Source: the human T2T-CHM13v2.0 reference genome, Homo sapiens. Taken from it: a stretch of DNA of 64,000 bases. The stretch is taken from NCBI RefSeq assembly GCF_009914755.1, contig NC_060944.1; one strand, written 5' to 3'. The position numbers and the translations under genes were made by a program. Below the pieces are notes generated by a model that saw only the letters and a list, made by a program, of their open reading frames with translations, did not search any database and had not been told where the DNA came from. Within the stretch, counting starts at the first letter, position 1. Each line of letters opens with the position of its first letter. Shown here in pieces: positions 30,486 through 46,728 of this stretch.

Positions 30486-32503
30486 GTAAGCCCCAGAGGC
30501 CGCCACCTTCCTGCCCGCGGCCTCCGCCCCAGTGCTGGAAGGACGGAGCCCGGCGCGGCGGGTGACGTCGGCCCTCGTCCCCACCCCGACGGCGCTGTCG
30601 CGGGGGGCGGCGAGGCCGGGCCGGGCCTTGGCGCTCGCCGCGCTCCCCAGAACTGCCCGGAGTGGCCGGGACCCGAGAGGGCTGGTGCGGGAGCCGGGGC
30701 CTGCGCCTCCTCCCCGACCCCCAGCCTCCTGGGACTTGCCTTCGAGGCACTTGTCACTTTGTAACTTACCAGTTTGTGATCCTCTCTAGTGTGAGCCTCC
30801 GCCGCTGCCTTTGCCTAGAAGTTTCTTCCCCTGCTCTGTGACAGTGTTGACCTCAGGGCTTAGTTGAGGTGTCAGCTGCTCAGAGAGGCCTGCTGTGACC
30901 ACCCAGCCACCGTGCACACCTGCTGTCATTCCCTATTCCGTCACTGTTTCGTGGTCAGCACGGCACTTTTCATACCCAAAATCACTGTTTCAATACTAGA
31001 AGGGAAACTGCATGAGGACAGGCTCTTGTCAGTTCGCTGCTGTGTACCCAGCACACATTATACGCCTAGTAAATAAATACCTGTTGAACCAACAGATGAA
31101 CATGTTGAACCAACAAATGAACCTCCTCAGGACTTCTGATGGGATTGGGCCCATTTTCCTTTCACTGCGTCCCTCATGCTGTCTCCTGGTTGCGGCGCAA
31201 GGAGGCTGCCACGGTGCTGGGATCCTTTTTCTCCGCAGAGCTGTCTGGAGCAACACCTGCGGCGATGGGAAGCCATGACCCTGGTTTCTCCCAGATACTA
31301 TTACCTCTGTAATTTGTGCCTTTATGTTTTCTATGTTGTTACTTTTGTTTTTTTTTTTTTTTTCCTACCTTCACCAGGGCCACGAGGTAAAAGTTCTTGT
31401 CTGACATGCTCATTCTTTCTTTTTGCGTGTATCCAGTGATGTGGGAGGCTCTGGGGAGGTGATGGATGCACAAGACAGATAAGGCCTCTGCTCTCACAGA
31501 GCTTACCTTCCGACGAGGACAGACAAACCAACACACAAGATCATTGCAGATAGTGCTAAGTGCTGTGTAGGAAATGGAACAGTCTGACTCCATGGAAGCG
31601 TACTTTAGATTGGAAGGCCGGGTCTCCACTATATCGCTAGCACCGGATTCACAGTAGATGCTCAGTTGGTATTTATGAATGAATGAATGGCCAGAGGCTC
31701 TCCAGTTTATATGTCCTATTGGGAAGTAGTGTAGGGTAACTTACCCAAAGTTACCCAGTTGGCAAATGGTACATTTGAACCCAGACTTCAGAGTTCACGC
31801 TCTTAACCGTTTTGCTGTCTGATCGCTGGGAAATACTCCAGAACGGTGGCTGTCACTTTGCCTTCCAAGTTAACAATGTGAAATAACTCTGAATTTACAG
31901 AGAACCAAAGGCTTTCCAATTAAAATGAAAAAACCGAAAAACCCCACCAAACCTACCGTGGATTGTAATTCCAGGATAGTACTTGAGCTTTCATGATGTT
32001 CTCATGGCCTTCTGGGGATGCCAGATTGGGAAAGAAGTCCAGGTAGCTAAAGTGAAAATAGTGAGCCTTAGTTTCCACTTGAGTTGTCTGAAGTTCTTTC
32101 TCTATCTGGGAGGCCTGGCTTGGCTTCTCCTGATAATTGGTGGGTTCATTCGGTTAGTCCACAAACATTTACTGAGTACCTGATCTGTGTGTCAGATACC
32201 CAGAGAAGCCAAGTTATATCAGCTGTACTCTCCTATTTTCCCTCAACCTCCTCCCAGTACTTTAGGGAAGGGGGCAGATGAGAATAACAGCCAGGACAGG
32301 ACAATGATGTAGGGTAGTCCAGAGTGCTCCAGGAGCATTGAGGAGGTCAACTCCTGAAAGGTGTCATTTGAGCTCAGTTATAAAGGTCGAGTAGAAGAAG
32401 GCTCAAAGAAGGAAAGGGTGGGGAACATTTCAGACAGAGGAAATTGCATGCACAGAGGCACAAACACTGAGATGACTGGGCTCCTTTGGGATGCCACTAG
32501 TAG

Positions 32504-32790
32504 TTTTTTTTTTTTTGAGATAGAGTTCTCACTCTGTCACCCAGGCTGGAGTGCAGAGGCGCCATCTCACTGCAGCCTCTGCCTCCCAGGTTCAAGTGAT
32601 TCTCCTGCCTCAGCCTCTTGAGTAGCTGGGATTACATACAGGCATGTGCCACTACGCCTGGCTAAATTTTGTATTTTTAGTAGAGACGGTGTTTCACTAT
32701 GTTGGCCAGGCTGGTCTCAAACTCCGGACCTCAAGTGATCCGCCCTCCTTGGCCTCTCAAAGTGCTGGGATTACAGGCGTGAGCCCGGCC
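32504..32790 (-). mobile_element. AluS
   Basis: Alu consensus; TSD CCACTAGT. Confidence 0.92.
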
Positions 32791-33982
32791 ACCACTAGTG
32801 GTTCTGAATGACAGCAACAAAGAACATTTGTTGTGGTTGCCTGGCAAGATGGGAGACAAGGCTGGTGAGTAGACAAGAGTCAGATCTCAGTCCCTTTATG
32901 CATAGATGCAGCCAGTGTCCAAGTTAAAATTGTGTTGCTTCTCCTTGAGCAGTCCTTCCTTGCATTAACTTTCTGAAAACCCCCAAATCCCAGTACAAAC
33001 TCTGTTGTCTAATATGTTATGGAAAGAGGCACTCATTTGAGAAAATTTAAGATTTTGTTCAATTGTTTTACTGAAAGATGTGTGACCTTAGGCCACTTCA
33101 CTCCTCAAAGCCTGGGGTGGTTATTCGGTCAATGGGGATGATGCTCGTGTCCACGTTGCCTCTTGTAGAACGTGTTTAGAAGGAATGACATGGCTGTTAG
33201 TGGCTTTGTAAGTGCATAGTACTATACAGAGATTAGACAACCACTTAACTACTTAAGTGGTTTCATCACTTCTGTACCTGAAAGGTGTGGCAGAGAATAG
33301 CGATCATTCTGGCCCTGGATTGGCCAAAGTAATTATGCCAAAGTCACTGGATATTTTTGCTAGGGAAGTGGTCCAAGAGAAGTGGTACCAAATTGTTGAA
33401 GGCCTCTGGCTCATAACTTTAGAAGAGACATCTGTGTGTGTTCTTAAATGACGTCATGAGGTGTGTTGTTTGTTTGTTTTAAACTGAATGCTAAGACAGT
33501 ACAATTAATAGAGACTGAATACCCTGACTTAGAGATAATTCATTTCAGGATGAGAAATGGCACATTTAACTGGTTTCTTCCAGGTTACTCAGGGTGACGA
33601 CTCTGATTTCTGGTCGTTCACCTAGATGAACCTCTGAGCTAACTTTACTTGAGAAGGTAATAACTAAAATGCCCATTCAAAGGAAAAATTATCTTTTAAA
33701 TGCAGCCTAAGTTGATCGTATGGGATTGTATATTGTCAGACTCTTTAATCTTGGGAATTTTGTGTGGTATGTTAAATTTAAGGATGTTACAGAAGAAAAA
33801 GAATGCAAATTTATATGACTTTATGCAGTTTTATAGGAAGTACTATGCTGCATCATAAATATCAAAAGGAGAAAGCCTGGTGGCTTCCTGAAAGAAGCAT
33901 GACACAGGAGGATTTGCCTAGACTTAAGGTTGACTTTCATGAGATATTTTTAGTAAGTGAACATTAAGCTCTTTCAGACTAG

Positions 33983-34345
<363 letters not shown>

Positions 34346-34654
34346 TAGGAGTTTTTTAAAATTGTCACTCTTTCTGTTGATCTCAGTTCTTCCAAGTCCT
34401 AATCGTTTCCTTGCCATCTCCTCACTCTGAGATCCCACTTGTTGTCCAGCTCAAAGAGAGCTTTCCGAATGAGTCACTTTCAAGGCATTATATAGCACTC
34501 TTCTTTCATTCCCTTCTCCCTCCCCTTCCATGAGAGTCCATCTGTGGTAAATAGTATGTCATATATTTTTTGGTCGTTCAGGACTCTAGATCATTCCTTA
34601 CATCCTAGCCCATTCCCCCAGCAATGATACTGTCACATGGAAATGGTCTGTTGA

Positions 34655-34997
<343 letters not shown>

Positions 34998-36055
34998 TAA
35001 ACATAACTGTGGATGCATTTACTTTTGCTTTATTGCTTGACTGAACCAATGACCTTCAAGAAGTCTTAGATAGTCCTGCCATTAGTAGGGATCTCAGATG
35101 GGAGGGCACCAATGAATCAGTGTAGTTGAGTACCACTTTTGGGAGAAAATAGAAACTTGGACACTCTAAATGATAGTTTAAGGACGTTGTTTGTTTTGTT
35201 TTGTTTTTTGTATGGGAAAAGTTGGCTTAGACTCTTTAGTTCAGCCCTTCAAGTTGATGTGTAATTTAAGATTGTTTAGGAAGTTAAAAAATCTAAAGCC
35301 CTGTGGATATAGTTCATTCAGTGCAGTAATTATCTTTCAGATGCCAAGTACAGCATTAATTCTTTAGCTTTAGCATGGCACTGATTTTCTTAACACTTCA
35401 TGATCACGTGGAGCAGACTGTGCTTTACAGCACAACAGAGCGTCAGCCATGTGCTGAAGATTCTTCGTGGTAGTGGTTTAGATCCACCCTGAATAGATTA
35501 TCTTCATTTATTTAATTATTAAGTAGCTTGCTTATCAAAAGCGGCATTAAACTTACTAAACTTGAGTCAAACGTAAATCTTCATAGATAGTACCATTTAC
35601 TTCTGAAATCTTGTTCCTGGGAGAAAAATGTGGACTGGAAGTTAACTTTCTTTTATCCACCTATTCACTCCTTTTTCTTCACAGTTAACTCCTTAGGGGA
35701 AAAAATGTATAGTTCTTGACCATGTGCTTATGTTTGTAAAGCAATGATGTTTCCTTAACGTGAGTGGTTGTGACATAGATCACTGTTATCTTCATAATTA
35801 CCTGGGAGCTTTTCATCCAAGTGTGGATTTACTAAAATAATTAGTCTGAATTGATGCTTATTAAAGAGCTGAACTCTTAAACGTTAACACTATCTTGTAT
35901 TTATTAAAATTGTATGCATGTTTCCTTCAAATGCTGAAGGCAGAATACTGAGAACTTTGACCCTGTGTTATTATCGCTAAGTAGTTGAAAATTAGGGGAG
36001 GAGTCAAGGGAGTATATTATATTGGTTATCACTCAAATACTACCCCTAGGCATGA

Positions 36056-36404
<349 letters not shown>

Positions 36405-38193
36405 AAGAGTGTCTTATATATCCCCACTTTTTTGAAAAATTTGCTGTCTAAAGGATGATCATGATTTGGGACGAATGAGCACAGCTTTCAACTAGATGAC
36501 AAGAAAGATGAATACAAAGAGTGCTGAGTTCCATTAGTCAAGACAAGGTTGCCATAGAATGTCTTTAATAAAATAAAACAAAAGCCTTTTGCGTTATTTT
36601 GCACCGAGGATTGTGTTAAAAACAAAGTTGCATTATGGTTTCCAGATTGGCATCCTTGTTTTTTTCTATCATTTTAGGCCCCTTTCAGGCTGTTATCAGC
36701 ATAGCATATCCAGGATTGCTTTGGCCTTGCTCAGTGGGTATGTGCGTTCTTTGAAGTTCTTACCTGACAGATGTGGGCAGCTGGCTTTACACAAGGAAGA
36801 GTTGTTAAAAGAGCTTTGGTATGGAAACAAAGTTACTAAACTTGACAGTCACTTGAGGATTATTTAAAAAACAAACAAAATAACTGAATGTGGTAAAATA
36901 CTATCTCTAGAATATTTTTCAAACTGTTAAATGCATCCTTTTAACAGAAGCTGTTGATGTCTACAAACACTGTCTTTGTAGACAAAGACAAACCCCCCTT
37001 GCATGGGGGTTTGGGGGTTGGGAAGCAGTTGAGAAAATGGCATAGTCCCGTGAGAAAACCTTGGAATACTTTCTTTTAATAACATTTTTTTATTGCATAG
37101 AACTGTAAAGCTACAGAAATGCTTTCTTGGAGTTTTCCTTCATCCTTTCAGAAGGGCTAATATTGACCTTTGGTTAGCATGTTAGTATTTTCACCTGTGT
37201 CAAGTGATGTCTTCACGCTTTTGGGGGGTGTGTGTGTGCATGCCCACCTCGTGTTGTGTAGGGCACATTGGCCGATACCTATAATGTGTTTCAATTACTA
37301 CATTGTTGGCATTTCAGTAGGCTCCTTCAGCCTTTGCCCATCTGGGAAGTGGAGACTAGGGCAATAAATGTTTTAGGGGTAGATTGAGACTGCAGTGTTT
37401 TTCATCTTTTAGCTTGTACTTTAAGACAATGGGATGTACCCCTAGACCATTTACCTAGATTTAAATTACTTCCTTGTGATGTGGTTTAGAGCTCTAAGTT
37501 CCTTGAGTTGTCTTGAAAGGCTGAAGGGTGCTCAGAGAATGGAGGGGAATTGAAAATGGAACCTAAGGATCTGGGAGTGGTCATATGTGTGAGTGGTGAA
37601 ATGTGCCCCCCAACACCCCGTTGGGTCGGGTCTGGAGTTAAAAGCAGTGGCTGACATACATTTTGCAATATAAGGGTAAAGAAAGGTAAAGAAGGAACAA
37701 ACATTTCTAGAGGATAAATGCTTTAATTCCAGAAGATAGGCCACACAGTTTAGGAACTGTGGTAAGAGGTGCTTTGCCATATTTATGTTACTGTTTAATC
37801 TGTGTAACAATCGTATGAGATGACTTAGTCAGTGGCTAGGTAACTTTCTGCTGGATGAGGCTGCACTAGTAAATGGTGGCACAGGCAAAGCCTTGTACTT
37901 TCCCTCATACCAGTATCAGCTCATTAGAGTTAACTCATAAAGGGGTTTGTTCTTGAGAGAGGGAGGCAGAGAATTTAAAACCATTAATGAAGTATTAATA
38001 GCTGTCAGGACAATTTCTTAAGAACATCAATTCATTAAGAGTTATTCTCTGAATTTTTTAGGAGGGATTTCTTGCCCTACTTTTGAAAAAGTTCAGACAG
38101 ATGACTCCAAAGAATGTTTGATTTCTCTTGTGAATATTCACTTTTATATCAGATTCTGATGGTTTCTTGATTCTATATATTTAGAAAGCATTC

Positions 38194-38495
<302 letters not shown>

Positions 38496-38946
38496 CACAT
38501 TAACTTGTGGGTAATTTGTCCTTCTGCTATCCAGTCTTTGGAAGGCAGGGCAAAGCTTGTGTGTGGTAGAGATTTCATAGGCTTGCAGGTTTGTAGAGTG
38601 GGAATTCAAGAAGTTGTAAAGGGCACTTATTAAGATAGGAATGTCTAAAATAAATGATCTTTAGCAGTGCCACCTTAAACTTTGTAAGTGTTGCTACAAA
38701 ACCTTTAGTTCTGCATGCTCCTGACCAGCCATTGCCTTGGACAGAGAAACAAATAAGGGTGAGTTAATAAACTAGAGACTTGTCTCAATTGTTCAAAGAG
38801 GTAAACTTAAGGTGATTAAAAAGTGCTGTTTTATTCTGTATGAGATACACTTTGGGAAGTCGTCATTTTCCAAGACGATGATACGCCAGGCATACGAATT
38901 GGATCAGAAAGGATTTAGAGACATGCATGGATATAATGATCTCTTA

Positions 38947-39277
38947 CAGATGTTCCTCACCTTACAGCGGAGTTACATCCTCAGAAACCCATTGTCAGTT
39001 GAAAATATTATAAGTTGAAAACATATTAGATACAGCTTAACCTACCCAACATCATAGCCTTGTCTACCTTAAACATACTCAGAACCCTTAAGTTAGCCTC
39101 CAGTTGCACAAAGTCATCTAGCACAAAGCCTATTGTATGATAAAGTATTGAATATCTCATGTACTGCATATTACTAGCCTGGGAAGAGATCAAAATTCAA
39201 AATATGTCAAAATTATGATGGCTTCACACCATTGTAAAATTGAAAAATCGCAAGTCAAACCAATCGGGGATTGTCTG
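38947..39277. mobile_element. MER47-like Tc1/mariner (Tigger group) DNA transposon fossil
   Basis: Begins CAGA and ends TCTG (inverted termini), flanked by TA on both sides; internal sequence resembles MER47A. Confidence 0.8.
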
Positions 39278-39928
39278 TACATAAGAGATGATTGTCCAAA
39301 TTAGAGCTGTTTTGGGTTTCTGCCCTTTGCAGATCCTTTGAGGTTTTCTTTATAGACAGATGACTCCTTCTGGGGGAATTGAGCGTGACTCTGATTGAGA
39401 TTTGGTTCAGTTACCACATACTGAAAGCTTCCTGTGGGCCAGGCACTAGGTTGCACTGGGGACCTGGGAGGAAGGCCTAGCCCTTAAAGTTTCCAGCCTC
39501 TAGGTATTGGGAGACGAGGGAAAATGGGGACAAGATATTTATGGCCTGTCCTTATTGAGAGCTTAGAAAAAGCTGTGTTAATTCTGCTTTGGGTGTTCGA
39601 TCTCACAGGGAAGATGGCATTTGAGATATGTGACTTGGCGAGCTTACACTGTGCGCTTGCCATTTTTCTAAGCGTTCATTTATTTAATTCTTAATGCAAG
39701 CCTAGGAAGTGGGTACAGTTATGATCCTGAAGTTATTAACCCAAGTTATGAACCTGACTGAGGGTTGGAGCTGGGATTTGAATCAAGATCTGTCTGATTG
39801 CAAAGGCTATGGCTTTTTTTTTTTTTGTCGTCATGCTGGCTGTGTTTCTTCCCTTAAAAGATAAGTGGGAGTGTGCCCTTGGCTTTCTTATTTATTATGT
39901 TAGGAAGATGAGAGGAGGAGTGAGACTA

Positions 39929-40384
<456 letters not shown>

Positions 40385-40392
40385 TTAATCTT

Positions 40393-40689
40393 TGCCAGCC
40401 ATGGTGGCTCACGCCTGTAATTCCAGCTTTGGGAGGCTGGGGTGGGTGGATCGCTTGAGCTCAGGAGTTTGACACCAGCCTGGTCAACATGGTGAAACCC
40501 CTCTTTACTAAAAATACAAAAGTTAACCAGGCTTGGTGGTGTATGCCTGTAATCCCAGCTAATCCGGAGGCTGAGGGGCAGGAATCGCTTGAACCCAGGA
40601 GGGCAGAGGTTGCAGCTAGCTGAGATTGTGCCTCTGCACTCCAGCCTGGGCTGAGAGTGAGACCGTCTCAAAAAAAAAAAAAAAAAAAA
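40393..40689 (+). mobile_element. Alu (S/J)
   Basis: Full Alu with A tail. Confidence 0.92.
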
Positions 40690-42299
40690 TCCTTCTATGA
40701 ATTCTGTGTTTCCCCCTAAGAACTTCTGTCCTAACTTGATCACTTCTTATTGTGAGCTATTTGTTTATTAGTGTTGAAAATTCTGTGCTAATACTATCAA
40801 CTGTACCTTCCCTTCCACCACCCCACTCTCTGCTCCAAGTCTTTCATGTCCTCAATACCTGTCGTGCAAACTATGCATTTCTGGGTTAACTGGGTACTAT
40901 TTTAGTCTTTTAGTTCCATCACTCAGCATTTACAATATAGTAGAAAAATGGAAGAAATGGAAAGGTACGTACTCGAGAAATCAGTGTTATGGCCATCTCC
41001 ATTTTAGAGATGAGAGGCCTTTGCAGAAGGCCTTTGCGAAGACTTTACAGAATGTGAATTTGTACCCGGGTCTTACAGCCTCCCAAGCCTGTGTGCTTTG
41101 CATTACAAAGCGAATCTGTGGTTCCTAGCATTGCTGTCACCTAGAGGCACTTGGGCTAACCTCCTTAGCTTTGGTTTCCTCCTCTGCGATGTAAGGAGGC
41201 TTGAACTCAGTACCTCTAGGTGGTCCTTCCAGCTCTAAGCTTGAGAACTTAAGTTTATTTTAGCTGAAGAAGAGAGATAGAAAGCCCCTTGAGGACAGGA
41301 ACCAGCTTGTATTTCCCACAGCACCTACTGGTACTTTGTTCCTATGGGCTCCTGAATATTTAATTAATGAAACCTCTTGTTACTGTTTGAAAGCTCACTA
41401 CTTGTATTAACCTTTCCTGAGTATTCTTGGACTCTGATCCAGTTTTTTCTATATCACCTCTTATTGTACGAATTGTATGTCACTTTCACGTTTTGTTTTA
41501 TTCTTTATGTGCTTCATTTACTTATTTATTGCTTGGCTTTCACTGCTAGAATGTAAGCTCCTATAGGTTTTTGTTTTAGTATTTCTGAGTAGACTACATA
41601 GACTACATTCTCTTCTTCTTCTTGTTTTCTTTTCCGAGTACCCCAAAGAAGGATACAACCCTGGATTTGGTCATCTTTTCAGTGTTTGCTATGATCATTT
41701 GAAACAGAAGCATACACAAGAATAAAAAGAGAAATTTGCTGAAAAACCAGAGGTTTGTCCTTGTGGAGGCTTATTTGAATTCTCAATCTGTTGGTTGAAT
41801 TGATTTGTTGGCATGTAAATATATCCTGATGGACTCCTCTGAAAATCTAAATTTGTGCTTCTGACCTTTGTAAAGTCAGGCAGTGCTTTACTAATTGGAT
41901 GAAGGAGAGCCATGGCTTACTCTTGAGAGAATGTGCAGATGCACACAATCAAAACTTTTCATGTAATTTGCGGGCAGGAGGATCCCATCTTAGTGCATAG
42001 TTCACCTCTAACCTCGCTCAGAGAAAAGGTGGAAGAAGCATGAGCAGTCATCTAGAGAAATCCAGAGACCACTTGGTCGGCTCATTTGTATCTTTTTATT
42101 TATTATTATTTTTAAAATGAATGCTTTTGTTGCCTTTCTCTTCCAAAGCAAGATTGTTTCTTTTTCTTTCTTTACATACCTAGCACTCACTGAGAATAGT
42201 GCTTGGCCATTAGTCATTTTCATTAAACATTTGAGTATTGTCCCTTCCACCTTTAAAGAAGAAAAACTGTGTTGTCAGTCCTTTTTACCCTGTCTAGCT

Positions 42300-45200
42300 A
42301 CTCCTTTCACTTTCCTTCTTATCATGGTAAGCTTCTGGAAAACATAGTTTCCTGTCTTTTTTCTTTCTGTTCTTCACTTCTAGTCACTGCCCGGGAGCTC
42401 AATCATTGCTTCATCACTACATCTCCCATTGCATGTTCAGTCTTCACTACCATTTGACCCCTGTTGTCATCCTGCTCATTGACACTCTTCTCTTGACCTC
42501 TCTCATTGCTCTCTCTGCTTTTCTTCCGCCCATGTGGCCAGTTTTGCCCACTCATCATGCAGTCCGGTTGGTAATGCTCAGGGTTACAGGTTCACCTTCT
42601 CCCCCTCTTCTCCTTTCCCTGTTTCTCTCAGATTTGCTCTCTCTGTGTCTTCCCTTCTCCCCTTTGCGGAACTCTTTTACCAGTACCCTTCGCTTCTAAC
42701 GTCACTTATGTATGAACCCAGGCCTGACCCAAGCCCATATAAAAGGCTGCAATACGTTAAATGCAGCATGACCCAAGCTGAACTCTATACCACCTTTTCA
42801 TTTTTTCCTCCAAACCTCCCCTTCTTACTGTCTCATTGGATGGTACCTACATTCATGCATTTGACCAACTCAGAGAGTCTATGACTCAGTTCTGTCCCTT
42901 CTTCCCCATTCCCTCTATGGCTGCCCCATTTTCTCCCGCAACTGTAATAGCCTCTTAACTGGTCTTCTTGTCCGAGTCTTCTCTTTCTTTCCACCCTGAT
43001 GTGGTTTTCAAAGATGGTTTGCAAAGATGCAAATCTGAGCATATCTCTTGCTTGCTTACAATCATTAAATGTCTTCCTGTTGCCAAAAATAAAGTTTAAA
43101 TTCTTTAACAAAACCTGGAAAATTATCGATACTTGTTGCACTCCCCCCACATTGCCCTGCCCATCTTTCCAGCATCGTCTTTCCTCATGCTTGTGTTTCA
43201 GCCTTTTAGTTCTCCTTGGCCATGGGGCTTTGGCATACTATGTATCATGACTTACCCTGTATGTAGTCATAAAGTAACAGTTTTTAGCTGTTTCCACCAC
43301 TAAAAATTAGTTGAGTCCTTTTCCTCTTGTTTGTTTCACTGCGTCCCCCTGCTTACCTTTGAGGCTCAGCACAGGCTTCACTTCTTCAAGGTAACTGTCC
43401 TGACATTCTTCACTCACATTGTATCTGTTCCTCTGGCTCCCACACATGTCACAGCATGTTGTCATTGGCAACGTGATACGTGACTCCCTTTCGCTGTTAG
43501 TCAGCAAGCCCCCCCACCTTTTTTTTTTTTTTTTTTTTAGATTGTGTCTCTTCTCCCCACATCCCAGTGCCTAGCACAGCACAGTGCATGGTGCATGGCA
43601 GTTTCTCAGGGAGTTCATGGTCTCTGGGTCTAAGGCATAGGCGAGGAAGGGTTGGTGTTTAGGAGAAAGCTGAGAAAGATGCCAGGCGCAATGGCTCACA
43701 CCTGTAATCCAAGGATTTTGGGACTCCGAGGCAAGCGAATCAGTTGAGGCCAGGAATTTGAGATGAGCCTGGGCAATATGGCGAAACCCCATCTCTACTA
43801 AAAATACAGAAATTAACCTGGTGTGGTGGTGCATGCCCATAATCCCAGCTACTCGGGAGGCTGAGGCATGAGAATCACTTGAACTCAGGAGGTGGAAGCT
43901 GCAGTGAGTCAAAATTATGCCACTGCACTCCACTCTGGGTGACAGAGCAAGACTGTATCTCAAAAACAAAAACAAAGCTGAGAAAGGAGAGAGGGGGGAA
44001 AAAAGAAGACTTTCAGTGGTGAAGAGTAATGAAGCCTGTCGGCAGGGCCCGTTATGTACAGCCGATCGATGTAGACACAGTGCATTTTGCTCAGAAAATA
44101 TTTGAAGATTTTCCACTAAATGCTGGTTGCTTTTCTCTCTTGTGGAAACTTATGTTTTTACTTCTCCTCCTCTTCTATTTCAGAGAGTCAGGACTACCTC
44201 TTAGGTGTGTGTTCTTTTACCCCATTCCTTTCCCATCACTTAACAGTATTTTGCATCGTTAGCCTATTACTGCTGTCTCACTTTTCTCTTGTACTTGATT
44301 CCTTCCTTGTGCCTACAAACATGCTTAAGTTGCCCCTTCCTAAAAAGAAATCTTGTTTTCTAGATCTTCCCCGCTTAAGCAAATGCCCAGTCTTCTATCA
44401 CAGCTAATTTTGGGGAAGCGGTGAATCTCAGTTTCTGGTATCTTTACTCTTCTTTCATCAGACCTCACCCCTTCACTCAAACCCTTCTTAGTTCCCCCAG
44501 GTTTCTCTCTGTGATACTTGTCTTTGACTTTTCTGATGAACTGTCCACCTCTTTATCATCTCTTTTACTGGATGTTGAGGTTTCTCAGGTTCTGGCTTCA
44601 GTCTTCTCAATTTAACAATTCTCTGTATGTTGTCTCATTAATAATGCCTTCATCTTCCACTTCTGCACAGAAAACTTCCAAATCTCTATCTCCAAGCAAA
44701 TCTTTTGATCTGTCAGCCTGCTGGACATCCCTGTCTATCTGGTTGTCATGAGAACACCTCAAACTCAGCATGTTCCACACTGTATTTACCGTTTACCTTC
44801 TCATCCCCACTGACTGTGGCTTCTGGATCTTGGGAATGGCCCTTGCACCAAGTTGGCAAGCTGGAAATCCTAAACTTGTCTTTCACTCCCCATTTTCCGT
44901 AACCTTTCACATCTACTCAGTCCATTTAAATCAGCAGCATCTCCTATGCCCTTTTGCTTCTTAGTATTCTATCGTATCCTAAGTATAGGTCCTTTCCCTT
45001 CCAGACTATTGTAGTAGCACCGTGTCTCAACTTTCTGTCTCTATTTTTTCTGCCTGCTTCTCTCACCCTTTGGACTATACTTTATACAGTTTCCAGAGAT
45101 ATTTTTCTAAAAATTGAAATTTGATATCATTTCTTGGTTTAAAAACATTCATTGGCTCTCTAGATCTTACGGATAGGTTCGTGGCCCAAATTCTTAGGCC

Positions 45201-45420
45201 AGCAGCAAAACTCTTCAGAGTCAGGCCACACCGCATCTTTCCAGCCTCAGCTTCTTTCACCCCTCTCGTACCCCTTCCTCTTCAGCCATTTGATGCCCCC
45301 AGAAGCCCCTTATAGCTTTATCACACTGTACTTTCACCCAAGTTCCCTACAGCTCAAAGTGTATTTTGCGTTATCTGCTTTTCAGACTCCAGGGCTTGCC
45401 TCAGTGATCAGTTCCCTGTG
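42300..45420 (+). mobile_element. Decayed L2 fragments (pyrimidine-rich), with an Alu at 43680-43975 (+)
   Basis: L2-like motifs; Alu TSD AAAGCTGAGAAAG. Confidence 0.55.
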
Positions 45421-45844
45421 CTCCTCACCCTCCCCTTTTGATAGGATGCTTTATAGATTACCTTTCATACAGTGTTCGATGCAGTTAGAGGTAGTATACT
45501 GCCCAGGAGTTAAGAGTGTGAACCCTAGATTTGCCATCTGAAAGTCATGTGTCCTTCAGTGATGCATTTAACCTCTCTGTGCCTCAAATTTCTCCCTCTG
45601 GGGTATGTTAGGAGTATACAAATTAACACATGTAAAGTGCTTAGAATAGATTGGTACTGTTAAATATGAGCTAACGTCACATTTGATATTTTTTTAAAAA
45701 GAAAAAATCATTATGGAGTCTCAGTCCTAGAGATTCTGATTCATTAATTCTGGATGGGCCCCAAGATTGTTCTGTGTATTCTGGGTGGGAGCTGCAGTGC
45801 CCTGTTTCTCTCTCTAGCTTGAGAGCCTAGCACAGCACCTGAAC

Positions 45845-46696
45845 CATTCTCTTCATGGGTTACTTATTGAGTACCTGTAGTGTGCCAAGCATTGCTGAGA
45901 GGCCGAGATGAGAAAACTTTTACTTTGTGGAGCTCATCTTCTAGTGGAGAAGGTGTACATTAAATAAAAACAGAAAATATATATGATGTGGTGTCAGGCA
46001 GTAGGTGATAAATGGGAAAAAAACAACTAAAAACAATGCAAGATAAAGGGATTTGGGAATGGATTCAATTTTAAGTAGGGTAATTAGGGAAGGTCATTTA
46101 AGTAGGGTGATTAGGGAAGGTCATTTACCTGAGGAGGTGATATTTGAACTGAGACCTATATAAAATGAGTGTATGAACTGTGGAGACATTTGGGAAGAGC
46201 ATTACAGACAGATGGAAGGGCAGGTGCAAGGTGATGATGAGCTTGGTGTGTTCAAGGAGCAGCAAGGTATGCCTGTGCTAGAGTGGTGGAGGGGCCTGCG
46301 GGGAGATGAGCTCAAAGAAGAGGGCAGGAGCCTTGCCGGTAGGCAGGCCACAGGAGGGACTTTGGATTTTGTTGTGAGATGGGAAGCCACAGAGGAATCT
46401 GAGCAGGAGTTTATTTTTATTTTTATTTTTATTTTTGGAGACAGAGTCTTGCTCTGTCGCCCAGGCTGGAGTGTAGTGGCGCGATCTCGGTTCACTGCAA
46501 CCTCTGTCTCCCGGGTTCAAGCAATTCTCTTGCCTCAGCCTCCTGAGTAGCTGGGATTATGCCCAGCTAATTTTTTTATTTTTAGTAGACAGGGTTTCAC
46601 CATGTTGCCCAGGCTGGTCTTGAACTCCTAAACTCCTGAGCTCAGGCCTCCCAAAATGCTAGGATTACAGGTGTGAGCCATCACGCCTGGCCAGGA

Positions 46697-46728
<32 letters not shown>

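Larger units (their letters stand above)
29910..30760. promoter_or_regulatory. VAPB: CpG island / TATA-less VAPB promoter
   Basis: Abrupt GC/CpG-rich block. GC boxes (~29974, ~29997, ~30022, ~30090), NRF1 motif GCGCCTGCGCA 30043-30053, ETS motif CCGGAAG 30059-30065, CRE-like TGACGTC 30563-30569. Confidence 0.92.

Noticed and set aside
29883-30789. ORFs across the CpG island, possible uORFs or antisense gene
   Set aside because: GC richness suppresses stop codons. There is no ATG between the repeat/TSS region and the VAPB start at 30428.
31082-31123. 21 bp tandem duplication
   Set aside because: Slippage in an L2-type tail; nothing suggests function.
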